From assembly GCA_028873515.1 (NCBI GenBank), contig JAGWIG010000003.1:64092-128091 (forward strand): DNA of 64,000 nt, given 5' to 3'. The notes beneath the pieces are model-generated. The model did no database searches, was not told the origin of the DNA, and was given only the letters and a program-made list of their open reading frames with translations. This document shows, in pieces, positions 40,232 to 50,002 of the stretch (positions within the stretch are counted from its first letter, which is position 1; each line of letters begins with the position of its first letter). The translations under genes were made by a program, and so were the position numbers. Origin of the DNA: Pseudomonadota bacterium. GTDB lineage: Bacteria; Pseudomonadota; Gammaproteobacteria; Burkholderiales; REEB80.

Positions 40232-40952
40232 TTTCATCATCCCGGACTGGCCGGCACCTTCCAATGTGCATGCATTGGTTACAACCCGTTCAGGCGGAGT
40301 AAGCCTGCCTCCTTATGAATCATTCAACCTTGGCAACCATGTCGGTGATGATGCGGATGCAGTAGCCATGAATCGTGCCCAGCTATGCAAGGTATTGCCT
40401 TCAGAGCCTTACTGGCTGAACCAGGTGCATGGAAGAGAGGTGGCCGAAATAGACACTTCCGTATTTCAGGCCAATGCGGATGCTGCTATATGCCGAACCG
40501 CTGGAAAAGTGCTGGTGGTTATGACTGCAGATTGCCTTCCTGTTCTTTTGTGTGCCTCGGACGGAAGTGTTTTAGGGGTGGCCCACGCTGGCTGGCGCGG
40601 ATTATGTGCTGGAGTGATTGAAAGTACGCTGGCGAAGATGTGTGTTGAGCCTGGAATGATTATTGCCTATCTTGGACCTGCAATCGGGCCAGAGTTTTTT
40701 GAAGTGGGTTCTGAAGTCCGGGATGCCTTCATGCAATCAGGCGAGCGTGCTGCCCAGGCTTTTGTACCGGCAGAATCGGGAAGATGGCTGGGGAATCTGT
40801 ACGAGCTGGCGCGGCAGCGGCTTGCCCTGGCTGGTGTCAGCAATGTTTTCGGCGGGGAGTTTTGCACCTATCGTGAAGCTTCCCGTTTTTTTTCCTACCG
40901 TCGTGATGGTCAGACCGGCCGGATGGCTACACTACTCTGGAAATCATCCTGA
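40221..40952 (+). CDS. pgeF: peptidoglycan editing factor PgeF (YfiH/DUF152 laccase-like)
   Basis: NLGNHVGD, QVHG, TADCLPVLL and HAGWRG. Confidence 0.88.
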   Translation: MEPDFIIPDWPAPSNVHALVTTRSGGVSLPPYESFNLGNHVGDDADAVAMNRAQLCKVLPSEPYWLNQVHGREVAEIDTSVFQANADAAICRTAGKVLVVMTADCLPVLLCASDGSVLGVAHAGWRGLCAGVIESTLAKMCVEPGMIIAYLGPAIGPEFFEVGSEVRDAFMQSGERAAQAFVPAESGRWLGNLYELARQRLALAGVSNVFGGEFCTYREASRFFSYRRDGQTGRMATLLWKSS

Positions 40953-40954
40953 TT

Positions 40955-41278
40955 TCATTTTTCCAGCAGATGACGCTTGTCCTTGACCTTAACCCATTCA
41001 TCCGCATCCGGGGGCGGTTCCTTCCGCGCACTGATCATTGGCCAGATTTTGGATAGTTCGGCGTTGATTCCGATAAAATCCTGTTGATCTTCGGGTAAAT
41101 CGACATCAGCGAATATCGCTTCTGCAGGGCATTCAGCCACGCAGAGTGTGCAATCAATGCATTCTTCAGGATTGATTGCAAGAAAATTCGGACCTTCAAC
41201 AAAACAGTCCACCGGGCAGACATCAACACAGTCGGTGTACTTGCATTTGATACAGTTTTCGGTCACGACATAAGTCAT
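40955..41278 (-). CDS. fdxA: 7Fe ferredoxin (Azotobacter FdxA type)
   Basis: [26 protein letters not shown]...[12 protein letters not shown]. Confidence 0.93.
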   Translation of the reverse strand: MTYVVTENCIKCKYTDCVDVCPVDCFVEGPNFLAINPEECIDCTLCVAECPAEAIFADVDLPEDQQDFIGINAELSKIWPMISARKEPPPDADEWVKVKDKRHLLEK

Positions 41279-41342
41279 GGCTACTCCTTGCTATATTCAG
41301 TCTAACAACTGGCAGGTTCGGTCTATAATGAGCAATATTATA

Positions 41343-42623
41343 TCAGGCTTTTTCAATCATGCCGCCTGCAACGGTCATGTTGCTTGATTCATCAATGAGG
41401 ATGAAGGAACCGAGTTTCCGGTTTTCATGGTAGGGTTCGGCCATGACAGGTTGCAGGACTTTCAGATGAATGTGCGCGATGTCATTGACTTCGACCGTCA
41501 ATGCAGGTTTTTGCTCAAGTGAATTAATATCCACAAGATAGTCCAGGCTTTCCACTATGGCTTTTACGGTACGGTTTGCATGTTTAAGCAGGTATTTCCG
41601 CCGCAGATCCAAAGGGGTTTCAGACAGCCAGCAAATCTTGGCCTCAAATTTCCGAACGGTTTTTGGAAGAGAGTCCTGGCTTGAAACAATCATGTCGCCC
41701 CTCGATATGTCAATTTCGTCTTCAAGGGTTACCTGTATGGATTGAGGTGCAATGGCTTCGCCCAGTTCCTTTTCTCCAAGATAGAGGTTGCGGATTCGAC
41801 TCCGCTGGCCTGATGGGAGAATGGTGACGGCTTCTCCGGTTTTCAGGGTTCCGGATTCAATACGGCCCATATATCCGCGAAAATCGGGCAGTTCAGGGGT
41901 CTGTGGGCGGCAGACAAGCTGGACAGGCAGGCGGGCAGGCAGATGGGTCGTGCTCAAGCTGACAGGAACCGTTTCCAGCAGGTCAAGCAGGGTAGGCCCT
42001 TTGTACCAGTCAAGATTTTCACCCCGCTCAACCACCATGTCGCCATGAAGTGCGGACATGGGAATGAAATAGAGGTGGGGGATTCCCAGCCGCTTAAGGA
42101 AGGGCTCGAAATCGTGCTGGATTTCCTTGAAGCGTTTGTCAGAGTAATTGGCAGTGTCCATCTTGTTGACTGCAATTACAAGGTGCCGGATACCCAGCAG
42201 GCTTGAAAGGTATGCATGGCGTCTGGATTGTATGAGAGGGCCCTTGCGCGCATCGACCAGTATGATGGCAAGATCCGATGTGGATGCACCGGTAACCATG
42301 TTACGTGTATATTGCTCATGACCGGGTGTATCTGTAATGATGAATTTGCGTCGTGGCGTGGCAAAATAGCGATAGGCCACATCTATCGTAATGCCTTGCT
42401 CACGTTCTGCCTGCAGCCCATCTGTCAACAGGGCCAGGTTAAGTCCTTCCTGTCCTTTTTTCATGGTGGTGCGGGCAATGGCATCCAGCGTATCTTCAAA
42501 AATTGATTTCGCGTCGTAGAGCAATCTGCCAATAAGGGTGCTTTTACCGTCATCTACACTGCCTGCGGTTGAGAACCGCAGAAGCTCCATGGTTTTCAGA
42601 GGAGGGGTGTTGAGTGCGGTCAT
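41343..42623 (-). CDS. cysN: sulfate adenylyltransferase subunit 1 (GTPase), no fused APS kinase
   Basis: GSVDDGKST, DTPGHEQY and NKMD. At 426 aa it ends before any CysC domain. Confidence 0.93.
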   Translation of the reverse strand: MTALNTPPLKTMELLRFSTAGSVDDGKSTLIGRLLYDAKSIFEDTLDAIARTTMKKGQEGLNLALLTDGLQAEREQGITIDVAYRYFATPRRKFIITDTPGHEQYTRNMVTGASTSDLAIILVDARKGPLIQSRRHAYLSSLLGIRHLVIAVNKMDTANYSDKRFKEIQHDFEPFLKRLGIPHLYFIPMSALHGDMVVERGENLDWYKGPTLLDLLETVPVSLSTTHLPARLPVQLVCRPQTPELPDFRGYMGRIESGTLKTGEAVTILPSGQRSRIRNLYLGEKELGEAIAPQSIQVTLEDEIDISRGDMIVSSQDSLPKTVRKFEAKICWLSETPLDLRRKYLLKHANRTVKAIVESLDYLVDINSLEQKPALTVEVNDIAHIHLKVLQPVMAEPYHENRKLGSFILIDESSNMTVAGGMIEKA

Positions 42624-43528
42624 CAGAAATATCCTTCTTTCTTGCGTAGTTCCATTGATGCATCAGATGTTTTGTCATCCATGCGGGTTGCTCCCCGTTC
42701 TGTAATCCGGGTCATTGCGGTTTCAAGAATGATCTCATTGGCATTTTCTGCTTCCGAGATGACCGGGCAGGTACAGCTCATATCCCCTACCGTGCGGAAG
42801 CGGACTGTGATGCGCTGTGTCAGTTCACCTGGTTTGGGTCTGACCAGATGGGAAACGGGTAACAGCGAGCCATTGCGTTCAATGACTTCCCGCTCATGGG
42901 CGTAGTAAAGTGCTGGAACTTCAAGTTGTTCATTGTGGATATACTGCCAGACATCAAGTTCGGTCCAGTTACTGATGGGGAAGACACGCATATGCTCCCC
43001 TGGGTGGACCCGTGTATTGTACAGATCCCAGAGTTCTGGACGCTGGTTTCTGGGATCCCATTGGCCAAATTCATCCCGAAAGGAAAAAATGCGTTCTTTT
43101 GCACGGGCTTTTTCTTCATCCCGTCTTGCGCCTCCAAAACAGGCATCAAACCCAAACTCTTCAATGGCATCAAGCAAGGTGGTCGTTTGAAGGGTGTTTC
43201 TGGACTGATTGGGTTTTTCGATGATCCGGCCGGCATCAATAGAATCCTGGACTGATCGCACAATCAGTTTTACCTTTAATTTGTTTGCTAGCTTATCCCG
43301 GAATTTAATAACTTCTGGAAAGTTGTGCTCGGTATCAATATGTAGGAGCGGAAAAGGAATTCTTCCAGGCAGGAAGGCCTTTTCAGCAAGCCGTAACATG
43401 ACAATGGAGTCCTTCCCCCCGGAAAAAAGCAGGACCGGATTTCTGCATTCTGCGGCCACCTCACGCATGATGTGGATGGCTTCGCTTTCCAGTGCCTCAA
43501 GATGGGTCAGTCGATTAAAGGTCATCAT
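42623..43528 (-). CDS. cysD: sulfate adenylyltransferase subunit 2
   Basis: LEALESEAIHIMREV, FSGGKDS. Its stop overlaps the cysN start (TGATG). Confidence 0.95.
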   Translation of the reverse strand: MMTFNRLTHLEALESEAIHIMREVAAECRNPVLLFSGGKDSIVMLRLAEKAFLPGRIPFPLLHIDTEHNFPEVIKFRDKLANKLKVKLIVRSVQDSIDAGRIIEKPNQSRNTLQTTTLLDAIEEFGFDACFGGARRDEEKARAKERIFSFRDEFGQWDPRNQRPELWDLYNTRVHPGEHMRVFPISNWTELDVWQYIHNEQLEVPALYYAHEREVIERNGSLLPVSHLVRPKPGELTQRITVRFRTVGDMSCTCPVISEAENANEIILETAMTRITERGATRMDDKTSDASMELRKKEGYF

Positions 43529-43540
43529 TTTCTCATCCCA

Positions 43541-44236
43541 TCAGGCGCTAAGTGGAGTTGCCGGGTGCAGGCCGCATTCCTTGCTGTCTGGGTTTTCCCA
43601 CCACCAGCGTCCGGCGCGAATGTCTTCTCCCCGGGTAATGGCGCGTGTGCAGGGTGCGCAGCCAATGGATGGATATCCCTTGTCATGCAAGGAATTGTAG
43701 GGGAGATCCTGTTCCTGGATAAAATCCCATATCTCTTTCTCCGTCCAGTTGGCCAGGGGGTTGAATTTTTGCAATCCATGCAACTCATCCCACTCGGTAT
43801 CCAGAAGGTTTTGCCTTGTTGTGCTTTGATCCCGGCGCAAACCTGTAACCCAGGCTTTTTTTCCGGCGAGCGCCCTGTTAAGTGGCTCAACCTTACGGAT
43901 ATGGCAGCATTGTTTTCGAAGCTCTATACTGTTATAAAAGGCATCAGGGCCGTTTTTTTGCACATAATCCTCGATTTCTGCTGCAGCAGGAAAAAAGATT
44001 CGGAATTCCGTTTCAGGATAACGCTGCCGAATGGTCTGCATGAGCGCGTAGGTTTCCTGGGGCAGGCGTCCGGTATCCAGGCTAAAAATCCCGATTCCAG
44101 GAGCATGGCGTGAAATGAGATCGATGAGAACAACGTCCTCCGCACCAAAACTGTTCGCAAATACCGCTGGTGTATGGTGTGCAGAGATATGTTTCAGCAA
44201 GGAGACCGTGTTCATTGTTTTCTGGCTATGGTTCAT
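43541..44236 (-). CDS. cysH: adenylylsulfate (APS) reductase, thioredoxin-dependent, Fe-S type CysH
   Basis: The Cys pairs KQCCHIRK and GCAPCT are the Fe-S signature of APS-type enzymes, and the C-terminal KECGLH is present. ATG 44236 follows GAGGA. The ORF-track N-terminal extension overlaps sir and is rejected. Confidence 0.88.
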   Translation of the reverse strand: MNHSQKTMNTVSLLKHISAHHTPAVFANSFGAEDVVLIDLISRHAPGIGIFSLDTGRLPQETYALMQTIRQRYPETEFRIFFPAAAEIEDYVQKNGPDAFYNSIELRKQCCHIRKVEPLNRALAGKKAWVTGLRRDQSTTRQNLLDTEWDELHGLQKFNPLANWTEKEIWDFIQEQDLPYNSLHDKGYPSIGCAPCTRAITRGEDIRAGRWWWENPDSKECGLHPATPLSA

Positions 44237-44246
44237 GAGGTTTTCC

Positions 44247-46541
44247 TCAAATGGATTCAAGAACTGCTTTTTTTTGTACCTTGACCAGAAAACCCTGGTC
44301 GTGAATTTCGGTTCCCAGAACGGTTTGTCCCTCATCACGCAAGGTTGCAGCCAAGGTTTGGGCGTGTTCACTTTCCTTGACAAGCAGGTGTAGCTCATCT
44401 CCTTTGGCCAGATGTCCAAGTTCCTCTCGGGCCTGCTCCATATTGGAAATCGTAGAGCCTTCGAGGGGAACAACGCGTGCCTCGACCCATGCTGTAGTCA
44501 GTACCTTTTCAGTCATCGACATGGTCAGGTCAAGCTGGGGATCCATTTTCATGGCCAGTCGCGCAGCATCGTCCATCCATTTGTCGACTTCGGAACATAG
44601 AAGCGTAAAAGAGGGTGCGTCAAAAGTCTGGGCCAGTATTTTCTGTCTGGAGGATATCTGGTCCAGCTGTTTGGCCAGATCAGGCTGGCTTTCGGCAATG
44701 AGTCTGGCAATTTCATCCAGATCCTGAACCTGTATCTGTTTATGCCCAAGAACGGAAAGCATGGCCTGGCCAACTAGCCGTGTCAGGGATTGGCTACATT
44801 CAAGGGCGCTGTCAAACTGACGCTGATAAATAAGCGAGTTACGGCATGTGCGCTCATATGCGGCTTCTGAAAAATTTGCTGTTGCAGGGTTGTGTGCAGA
44901 ACCCGCACATTCCCCTCCACCAAGCTGCAGGACCCTGAAGTCAGTCTCATCATCGAGATCCCGTAGAACGAATGGGAGATCCTCCTGATTTACGGCTACC
45001 AGATCGGCTAACAGTTCACTGAAGTAGCCTTGTCCCTTACGTCTTGCCCAGAGGAAAAATGTTTCCTCTGGGTCCCGGGTCGAGAGGTAATTTTCTTCAA
45101 CTTTTTTGACCGCACCCTCAATTCGTGCAACAGGCACTTCAGGTCCCTTGATGGCAATACCGTAGCCAGTTCGGCCATCTCCGCCAAAATACATCTGGTA
45201 GTGAGGTACCAGTTTGCCAAAAAGGCGTTTTCCCTGACCATAAATTCCGATATCCGCCATTTCAGGCTGGGCACATCCATTCTGGCAGCCAGAAATCCTG
45301 ATCTTCAGATCTGCAGGGCCTCCATGGAGTCTTGTTGCGGCTTTCCGGCTTCCCGTGATACCGAGTCGACAGGTAGTTGTTCCCGGGCAGGCGACAACAT
45401 CATCCCCGGTTCTGGGAAGCCCCAGCTTAAGTTTTTCGAGGCCTGCGACCAGGGCATCAACCGTGGCATTGGGAACGTCGGGAATAATCAGGTTCTGATC
45501 CTGGGTTGTGCGTATCCGCGAAAGCCCATATTTTTCAAGCAGGCTGGCAATACCGCGCATCTGTTCGGCAGTCATGTCGCCAATAGGTAAACTTACCGGC
45601 AAAATGCAAAGCCCTTCCTGTTTTTGCCGGGTGATTTTTCTTGGCGCGCCGGTTCCGCAAATGCAGGTGCCAGGGTGATGATTCCAGTTTCCGCGTGGTA
45701 CCGGTCCTGCATAGGACTCCCTGATCCTTGCGACTTCTTCCCGGTATTTTTCTAGAAAACCGTCGATACCGAAACGGGCAACCAGGAATTTTGAACGGGA
45801 TTTGGCCCGTTTCGTCCGGTCTGAATATTTGTGGTGGAGTGATATGAGTGCCTCAATAGTCGGCAGCAGGAGCTGTTCTTCGAGGAAATCCTCGACAATG
45901 ATAGCTTCGTAGGGTTTGTGGCCCAATCCTCCTCCCGCAAGCACCTTGAATCCGAAATGAGCATTTTTTGTAACTGGAACGACTCCGATGTCATGCATCA
46001 TTCCCTGCGCTGCATCATTTGCACAGCTTGAAAAGCTGATTTTGTACTTGCGTGGCATGTATTGGGTCAGGGGGTGGCGTAATAGATAATGGACCGTTGC
46101 ATCCTTGAATGGCGTGATATCAACAATCTCCCCTGGACATAAGCCTGATAAGGGAGCCATGGTGATGTTGCGGATTGTATTGTTGCAGGCTTCACGGGTA
46201 GTAATACCTGCCTGGGCCAGCAATTTCAGCGCCCTGGGCGTGTGCGCTACGGGAACGTAATGAAGTTGGATATCCTGTCGTGTCGTAACATGTGCCAGGG
46301 GGTGGTCAGTAACGGCTTCCATGGTGTCTGCAAGGGCTGCAAGCTGCATTCCGGTCAGTTCTCCACCAGGAATCTTGCAGCGTATCATATGCAGTCCTTC
46401 CTGCCGTTGCCCATACACACCCTGCTGAAGACGCATGGACATAAACCTGTCGGCATCCATTTGCAGGTTAAGATAGGCATTGACCGCTGATTCATAGCGA
46501 TCAAGTTCTTCAAAATCTATGATGTCTGGTGCATCTAACAT
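44247..46541 (-). CDS. ferredoxin-type assimilatory sulfite reductase hemoprotein with ~215-aa C-terminal extension
   Basis: The siroheme/4Fe-4S ligands ACPGTTTC and SGCQNGC are present, within the NirA/Sir two-repeat architecture in residues 1-~545. Residues ~550-764 are extra. Confidence 0.88.
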   Translation of the reverse strand: MLDAPDIIDFEELDRYESAVNAYLNLQMDADRFMSMRLQQGVYGQRQEGLHMIRCKIPGGELTGMQLAALADTMEAVTDHPLAHVTTRQDIQLHYVPVAHTPRALKLLAQAGITTREACNNTIRNITMAPLSGLCPGEIVDITPFKDATVHYLLRHPLTQYMPRKYKISFSSCANDAAQGMMHDIGVVPVTKNAHFGFKVLAGGGLGHKPYEAIIVEDFLEEQLLLPTIEALISLHHKYSDRTKRAKSRSKFLVARFGIDGFLEKYREEVARIRESYAGPVPRGNWNHHPGTCICGTGAPRKITRQKQEGLCILPVSLPIGDMTAEQMRGIASLLEKYGLSRIRTTQDQNLIIPDVPNATVDALVAGLEKLKLGLPRTGDDVVACPGTTTCRLGITGSRKAATRLHGGPADLKIRISGCQNGCAQPEMADIGIYGQGKRLFGKLVPHYQMYFGGDGRTGYGIAIKGPEVPVARIEGAVKKVEENYLSTRDPEETFFLWARRKGQGYFSELLADLVAVNQEDLPFVLRDLDDETDFRVLQLGGGECAGSAHNPATANFSEAAYERTCRNSLIYQRQFDSALECSQSLTRLVGQAMLSVLGHKQIQVQDLDEIARLIAESQPDLAKQLDQISSRQKILAQTFDAPSFTLLCSEVDKWMDDAARLAMKMDPQLDLTMSMTEKVLTTAWVEARVVPLEGSTISNMEQAREELGHLAKGDELHLLVKESEHAQTLAATLRDEGQTVLGTEIHDQGFLVKVQKKAVLESI

Positions 46542-46565
46542 AGTGGTTTCCTGAAATGGTTTGTA

Positions 46566-47321
46566 CTAACTAATGAATTTAAGTCCAATACCTGTAAGCA
46601 GGACTGCAAGGAGTTTTTGCATCAGGCGTTCAGGTATCTGGTCACCTATTTTTTTGCCAAGCCATATGCCTGGGAGTGAGCCGATCAGTAAGCCGGCAAG
46701 AAGATGCAGATCGATGGCGCCCAGTTTCAGCTGCCCGAATCCGGCTATTAAAGTGAGTGGCACTGTGTGCATGACGTCACTGGCAATAAGTTTCTTTGTC
46801 GGACGGTCTGGATATAGGGCAAGCAGCAGGGCAAGTCCGATGGCACCTGCACCGACAGAGGTTATGGTGACCAGGGCACCGATTGCTATACCAGCCAGGA
46901 CAGTAAGCCGTATCGCTGAGGCAGGAGTGCAGCCTGCCCGGATTTTTCCGGCAAGGAGTTTTTCCTTGAATAACAGGGCGATTCCAGTCAGTAATAAGGC
47001 AAATCCTAAAACAAGAGCCAGAACATGGCTGTCCGGCCTGCCAAGATATGTTTCAGCTAGGAGCGTTATGAGGGCAGAAGGAATGCTGCCCGCCGTCAGT
47101 GCCAGGCAAACGGGCCAGTCTACCTGGCCTTGAATGGCATAGGTCAGGCTTCCGCCAGCCTTGGTAATCCCGGCAAAAAGCAGATCGGTGCCAATCGCGA
47201 TAGCGGGTGGGATTCCGAAACCAAAAATGAGAACAGGCGTCATCAGCGATCCCCCGCCGACGCCAGTCATCCCGATGATTGTGCCAACCAGAAGGCCAGT
47301 CAGTGTGTACAAAAAGAACAT
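46566..47321 (-). CDS. TauE/SafE (TSUP) family anion transporter
   Basis: A 4+4 TM layout with GMTGVGGGSLMTPVL and GAGAIGLALL motifs. The alternative start is 47348. Confidence 0.8.
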   Translation of the reverse strand: MFFLYTLTGLLVGTIIGMTGVGGGSLMTPVLIFGFGIPPAIAIGTDLLFAGITKAGGSLTYAIQGQVDWPVCLALTAGSIPSALITLLAETYLGRPDSHVLALVLGFALLLTGIALLFKEKLLAGKIRAGCTPASAIRLTVLAGIAIGALVTITSVGAGAIGLALLLALYPDRPTKKLIASDVMHTVPLTLIAGFGQLKLGAIDLHLLAGLLIGSLPGIWLGKKIGDQIPERLMQKLLAVLLTGIGLKFIS

Positions 47322-47448
47322 GCTATTCCTGTTGTGATACCGGAACATCCTTTAATCCGGCAGAGTGTGAAATATAGCAAGAGAAGTCTATTCTGAAAAA
47401 GAATATGATATTATACTTTTATGCGTGTTTATTATATGGGGACAGGTT

Positions 47449-48372
47449 ATGAAGCTCCAGCAACTGCGTTACGTGACGACGGTGGCACGTCAGGGCATGA
47501 ATGTCTCTGATGCAGCCGTGATTCTCAATACTTCACAGCCAGGAGTGAGCAAGCAGATCAGTATGCTTGAAGACGAACTGAATGTGGACATTTTTGTACG
47601 AAGTGGCAAACGGTTGACGGGATTGACTGAACCCGGGCAGCTCATTTGCCGTATAGCAGAAAGAATACTTAGGGAGGCCCAGAACGTAAAGCGGGTTGCA
47701 GAGGAATTTACCCAGGAGAGCAATGGAAGCCTCGTTATTGCAACTACTCATACTCAGGCCCGGTATGCCTTGCCTAAAATTGTCCAGGCTTTTCGCGAGC
47801 AGTATCCGAATGTCCGTTTGGGCCTTCATCAGGGTAATCCTGTGCAGATAGCTGAACAGGTCGCTTCAGGTGACGCGGATATAGCAATCGCAACAGAAGC
47901 CATGGAAGGGTTTGACGAATTGGTCATGCTTCCCTGCTATAGCTGGAATCGCAGTGTCATTGCGCCTCCTGGCCACCCTATACTTGAAGGCAGGCTGACG
48001 CTTGAACGGGTTGCATGTTATCCCATTGTTACCTATGATTTCGCCTTTACCGGGCGGACCTTGATGAACAAGGCTTTTGAAGCGCAGGGGTTGATACCGA
48101 ATGTTGTATTGACAGCGATAGATTCAGATGTCATCAAAACCTACGTCGAGCTTGGCCTCGGAATTGGCCTGGTCGCATCCATGGCTTTTGATCCGCTTCG
48201 TGACAAGGGGTTGCGGGAAGTTGACGCTTCTCATCTTTTTGAGCCTAGCACTACCCATATTACCTTGCGCCGCGGTGCTTATCTGCGGGGTTTCGCCTTT
48301 TTTTTCATAGAGCTTTTCGCTCCCCACCTGACTCGGGTGGAAGTCGAAAAGGCAATTGGGATTAATGGCTAA
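47449..48372 (+). CDS. cysB: LysR-family regulator, CysB-like
   Basis: MKLQQLRYVTTVARQGMNVSDAAVILNTSQPGVSKQISMLEDEL is the CysB/Cbl-type HTH. The gene is divergent from the sulfate assimilation operon. Confidence 0.85.
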   Translation: MKLQQLRYVTTVARQGMNVSDAAVILNTSQPGVSKQISMLEDELNVDIFVRSGKRLTGLTEPGQLICRIAERILREAQNVKRVAEEFTQESNGSLVIATTHTQARYALPKIVQAFREQYPNVRLGLHQGNPVQIAEQVASGDADIAIATEAMEGFDELVMLPCYSWNRSVIAPPGHPILEGRLTLERVACYPIVTYDFAFTGRTLMNKAFEAQGLIPNVVLTAIDSDVIKTYVELGLGIGLVASMAFDPLRDKGLREVDASHLFEPSTTHITLRRGAYLRGFAFFFIELFAPHLTRVEVEKAIGING

Positions 48373-48377
48373 ATTCT

Positions 48378-48581
48378 TTAGCTTTCCTGATTTTTCGGGG
48401 GCGGATTTTTCCTGTCGCGTTTTTTTACCCGACCCCTGGCAGGAGCCCCGACAATCCAGAGCAGCAGGGCTGAAGGGAAAAGGCCATAAAAGAGGAAAAG
48501 GGATACTCCTGAAATCAGGGTAGGAGAGACCAGCGCCATCATTAAGGTGACATATATCCAGCCTATAGCAACAATGTACAT
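48378..48581 (-). CDS. hypothetical small membrane protein (2 TM + basic tail)
   Basis: 67 aa with two hydrophobic helices followed by [15 protein letters not shown]. The SD is weak (AAGG) and it fills the cysB-rimO gap. Confidence 0.4.
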   Translation of the reverse strand: MYIVAIGWIYVTLMMALVSPTLISGVSLFLFYGLFPSALLLWIVGAPARGRVKKRDRKNPPPKNQES

Positions 48582-48672
48582 TGGATGCCTTTATTTTGAG
48601 GGCTATCGGGTTTCAGGGTTTAGGGTAGAATTATACCTTTTTTCAGGCATTTGCTTTGGCAAGGAATATTTA

Positions 48673-49989
48673 ATGTCTTTATCCAGTCCGAAAATCGGGT
48701 TCGTATCGCTCGGTTGTCCCAAGGCATTGGTGGATTCCGAGCATATTCTTACGCAGCTCCGTGCTGAAGGGTATGGTATTGCACCAGATTATGCCGATGC
48801 CGATCTGGTGGTTGTGAATACTTGTGGATTTATTGATGCCGCAATTGATGAGTCTTTGGAGGCTATTGGAGAAGCCCTGAATGAAAACGGGCGGGTGATT
48901 GTGACGGGTTGCCTTGGGGCAAGGGAAGAACTGGTGCGTAATGCGCATCCCCGTGTTCTTGCCGTAACAGGACCTCATTCATTGCCTGAAGTCATGGCAG
49001 CCGTTCATTCCAATTTACCACGACCGCATGATCCTTTTATGGATCTTGTGCCCCCTGCCGGGATCAGGTTAACGCCAAGACATTATGCCTATCTGAAAAT
49101 TTCAGAGGGCTGTAATCACCGCTGCAGCTTTTGCATCATTCCCTCCATGCGTGGAAACCTGGTATCACGATCTGTTTCGGATGTCATGCGGGAAGCTGAA
49201 AATCTTGTTGAATCCGGTGTAAAAGAGATCCTGGTCATTTCTCAGGATACTTCGGCCTATGGTGTGGATATGAAATTCCGGATGGGGTTCTGGCAGGGGC
49301 GGCCGGTCAGGACACGAATGAAGGAACTGGCCGATGCATTGGGTGATTTGGGTGTCTGGATTCGCCTGCATTATGTCTATCCTTATCCGCATGTCGATGA
49401 CGTTATTCCCCTGATGGCTAAGGGGCGGATTCTGCCCTATCTGGATGTCCCGTTTCAGCATGCATCGAAGAGGATACTCAAACTCATGAAGCGACCAGCA
49501 AGTGCTGAGGATAATCTGGTCCGCATTAAACGCTGGCGCGAAATCTGTCCGGACATAACCTTGCGTTCAACCTTTATTGTTGGCTTCCCAGGGGAAACCG
49601 AGGCAGAGTTTGAAGAACTGCTGGATTTCCTGGAGGAATCCCAGCTTGACCGGGTAGGCTGTTTTGCGTATTCGCCTGTACCAGGCGCAGCAGCCAATGA
49701 ACTTCCTTCTGCCTTGCCTGAAGAAATAAAGGAAGAGCGCAGGGAACGTTTTATGGTATTGGCATCCCAAATCAGTACCCAGCGACTGGAAAAGAAAATC
49801 GGCCAGAAAATCATGGTGATCATTGATGAGGTCACTGAGGAGGGTGCCATAGCCCGTTCCATGGCTGACGCACCGGAAATAGATGGCTTGGTGTATGTTT
49901 CAGCTGGACGGAACCTTGCATCGGGAGACAGGGTTTGTGTTGTTGTGAAGGATTGCAGCGAATATGATTTGATGGCAGATCTGGTTTAG
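48673..49989 (+). CDS. rimO: ribosomal protein S12 methylthiotransferase
   Basis: The MTTase N-domain ([10 protein letters not shown]...NTCGF), radical [11 protein letters not shown] and a TRAM C-terminus. ATG 48673 follows AAGGA. Confidence 0.93.
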   Translation: MSLSSPKIGFVSLGCPKALVDSEHILTQLRAEGYGIAPDYADADLVVVNTCGFIDAAIDESLEAIGEALNENGRVIVTGCLGAREELVRNAHPRVLAVTGPHSLPEVMAAVHSNLPRPHDPFMDLVPPAGIRLTPRHYAYLKISEGCNHRCSFCIIPSMRGNLVSRSVSDVMREAENLVESGVKEILVISQDTSAYGVDMKFRMGFWQGRPVRTRMKELADALGDLGVWIRLHYVYPYPHVDDVIPLMAKGRILPYLDVPFQHASKRILKLMKRPASAEDNLVRIKRWREICPDITLRSTFIVGFPGETEAEFEELLDFLEESQLDRVGCFAYSPVPGAAANELPSALPEEIKEERRERFMVLASQISTQRLEKKIGQKIMVIIDEVTEEGAIARSMADAPEIDGLVYVSAGRNLASGDRVCVVVKDCSEYDLMADLV

Positions 49990-50002
49990 TGACGGTTTGG
50001 TT

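Noticed and set aside
43541-44473. A 310-aa version of cysH (track ORF) extending 79 codons upstream.
   Set aside because: The extension overlaps the 3' end of sir and has no similarity to CysH N-termini. ATG 44236 has a GAGGA SD and lies 11 nt after the sir stop.
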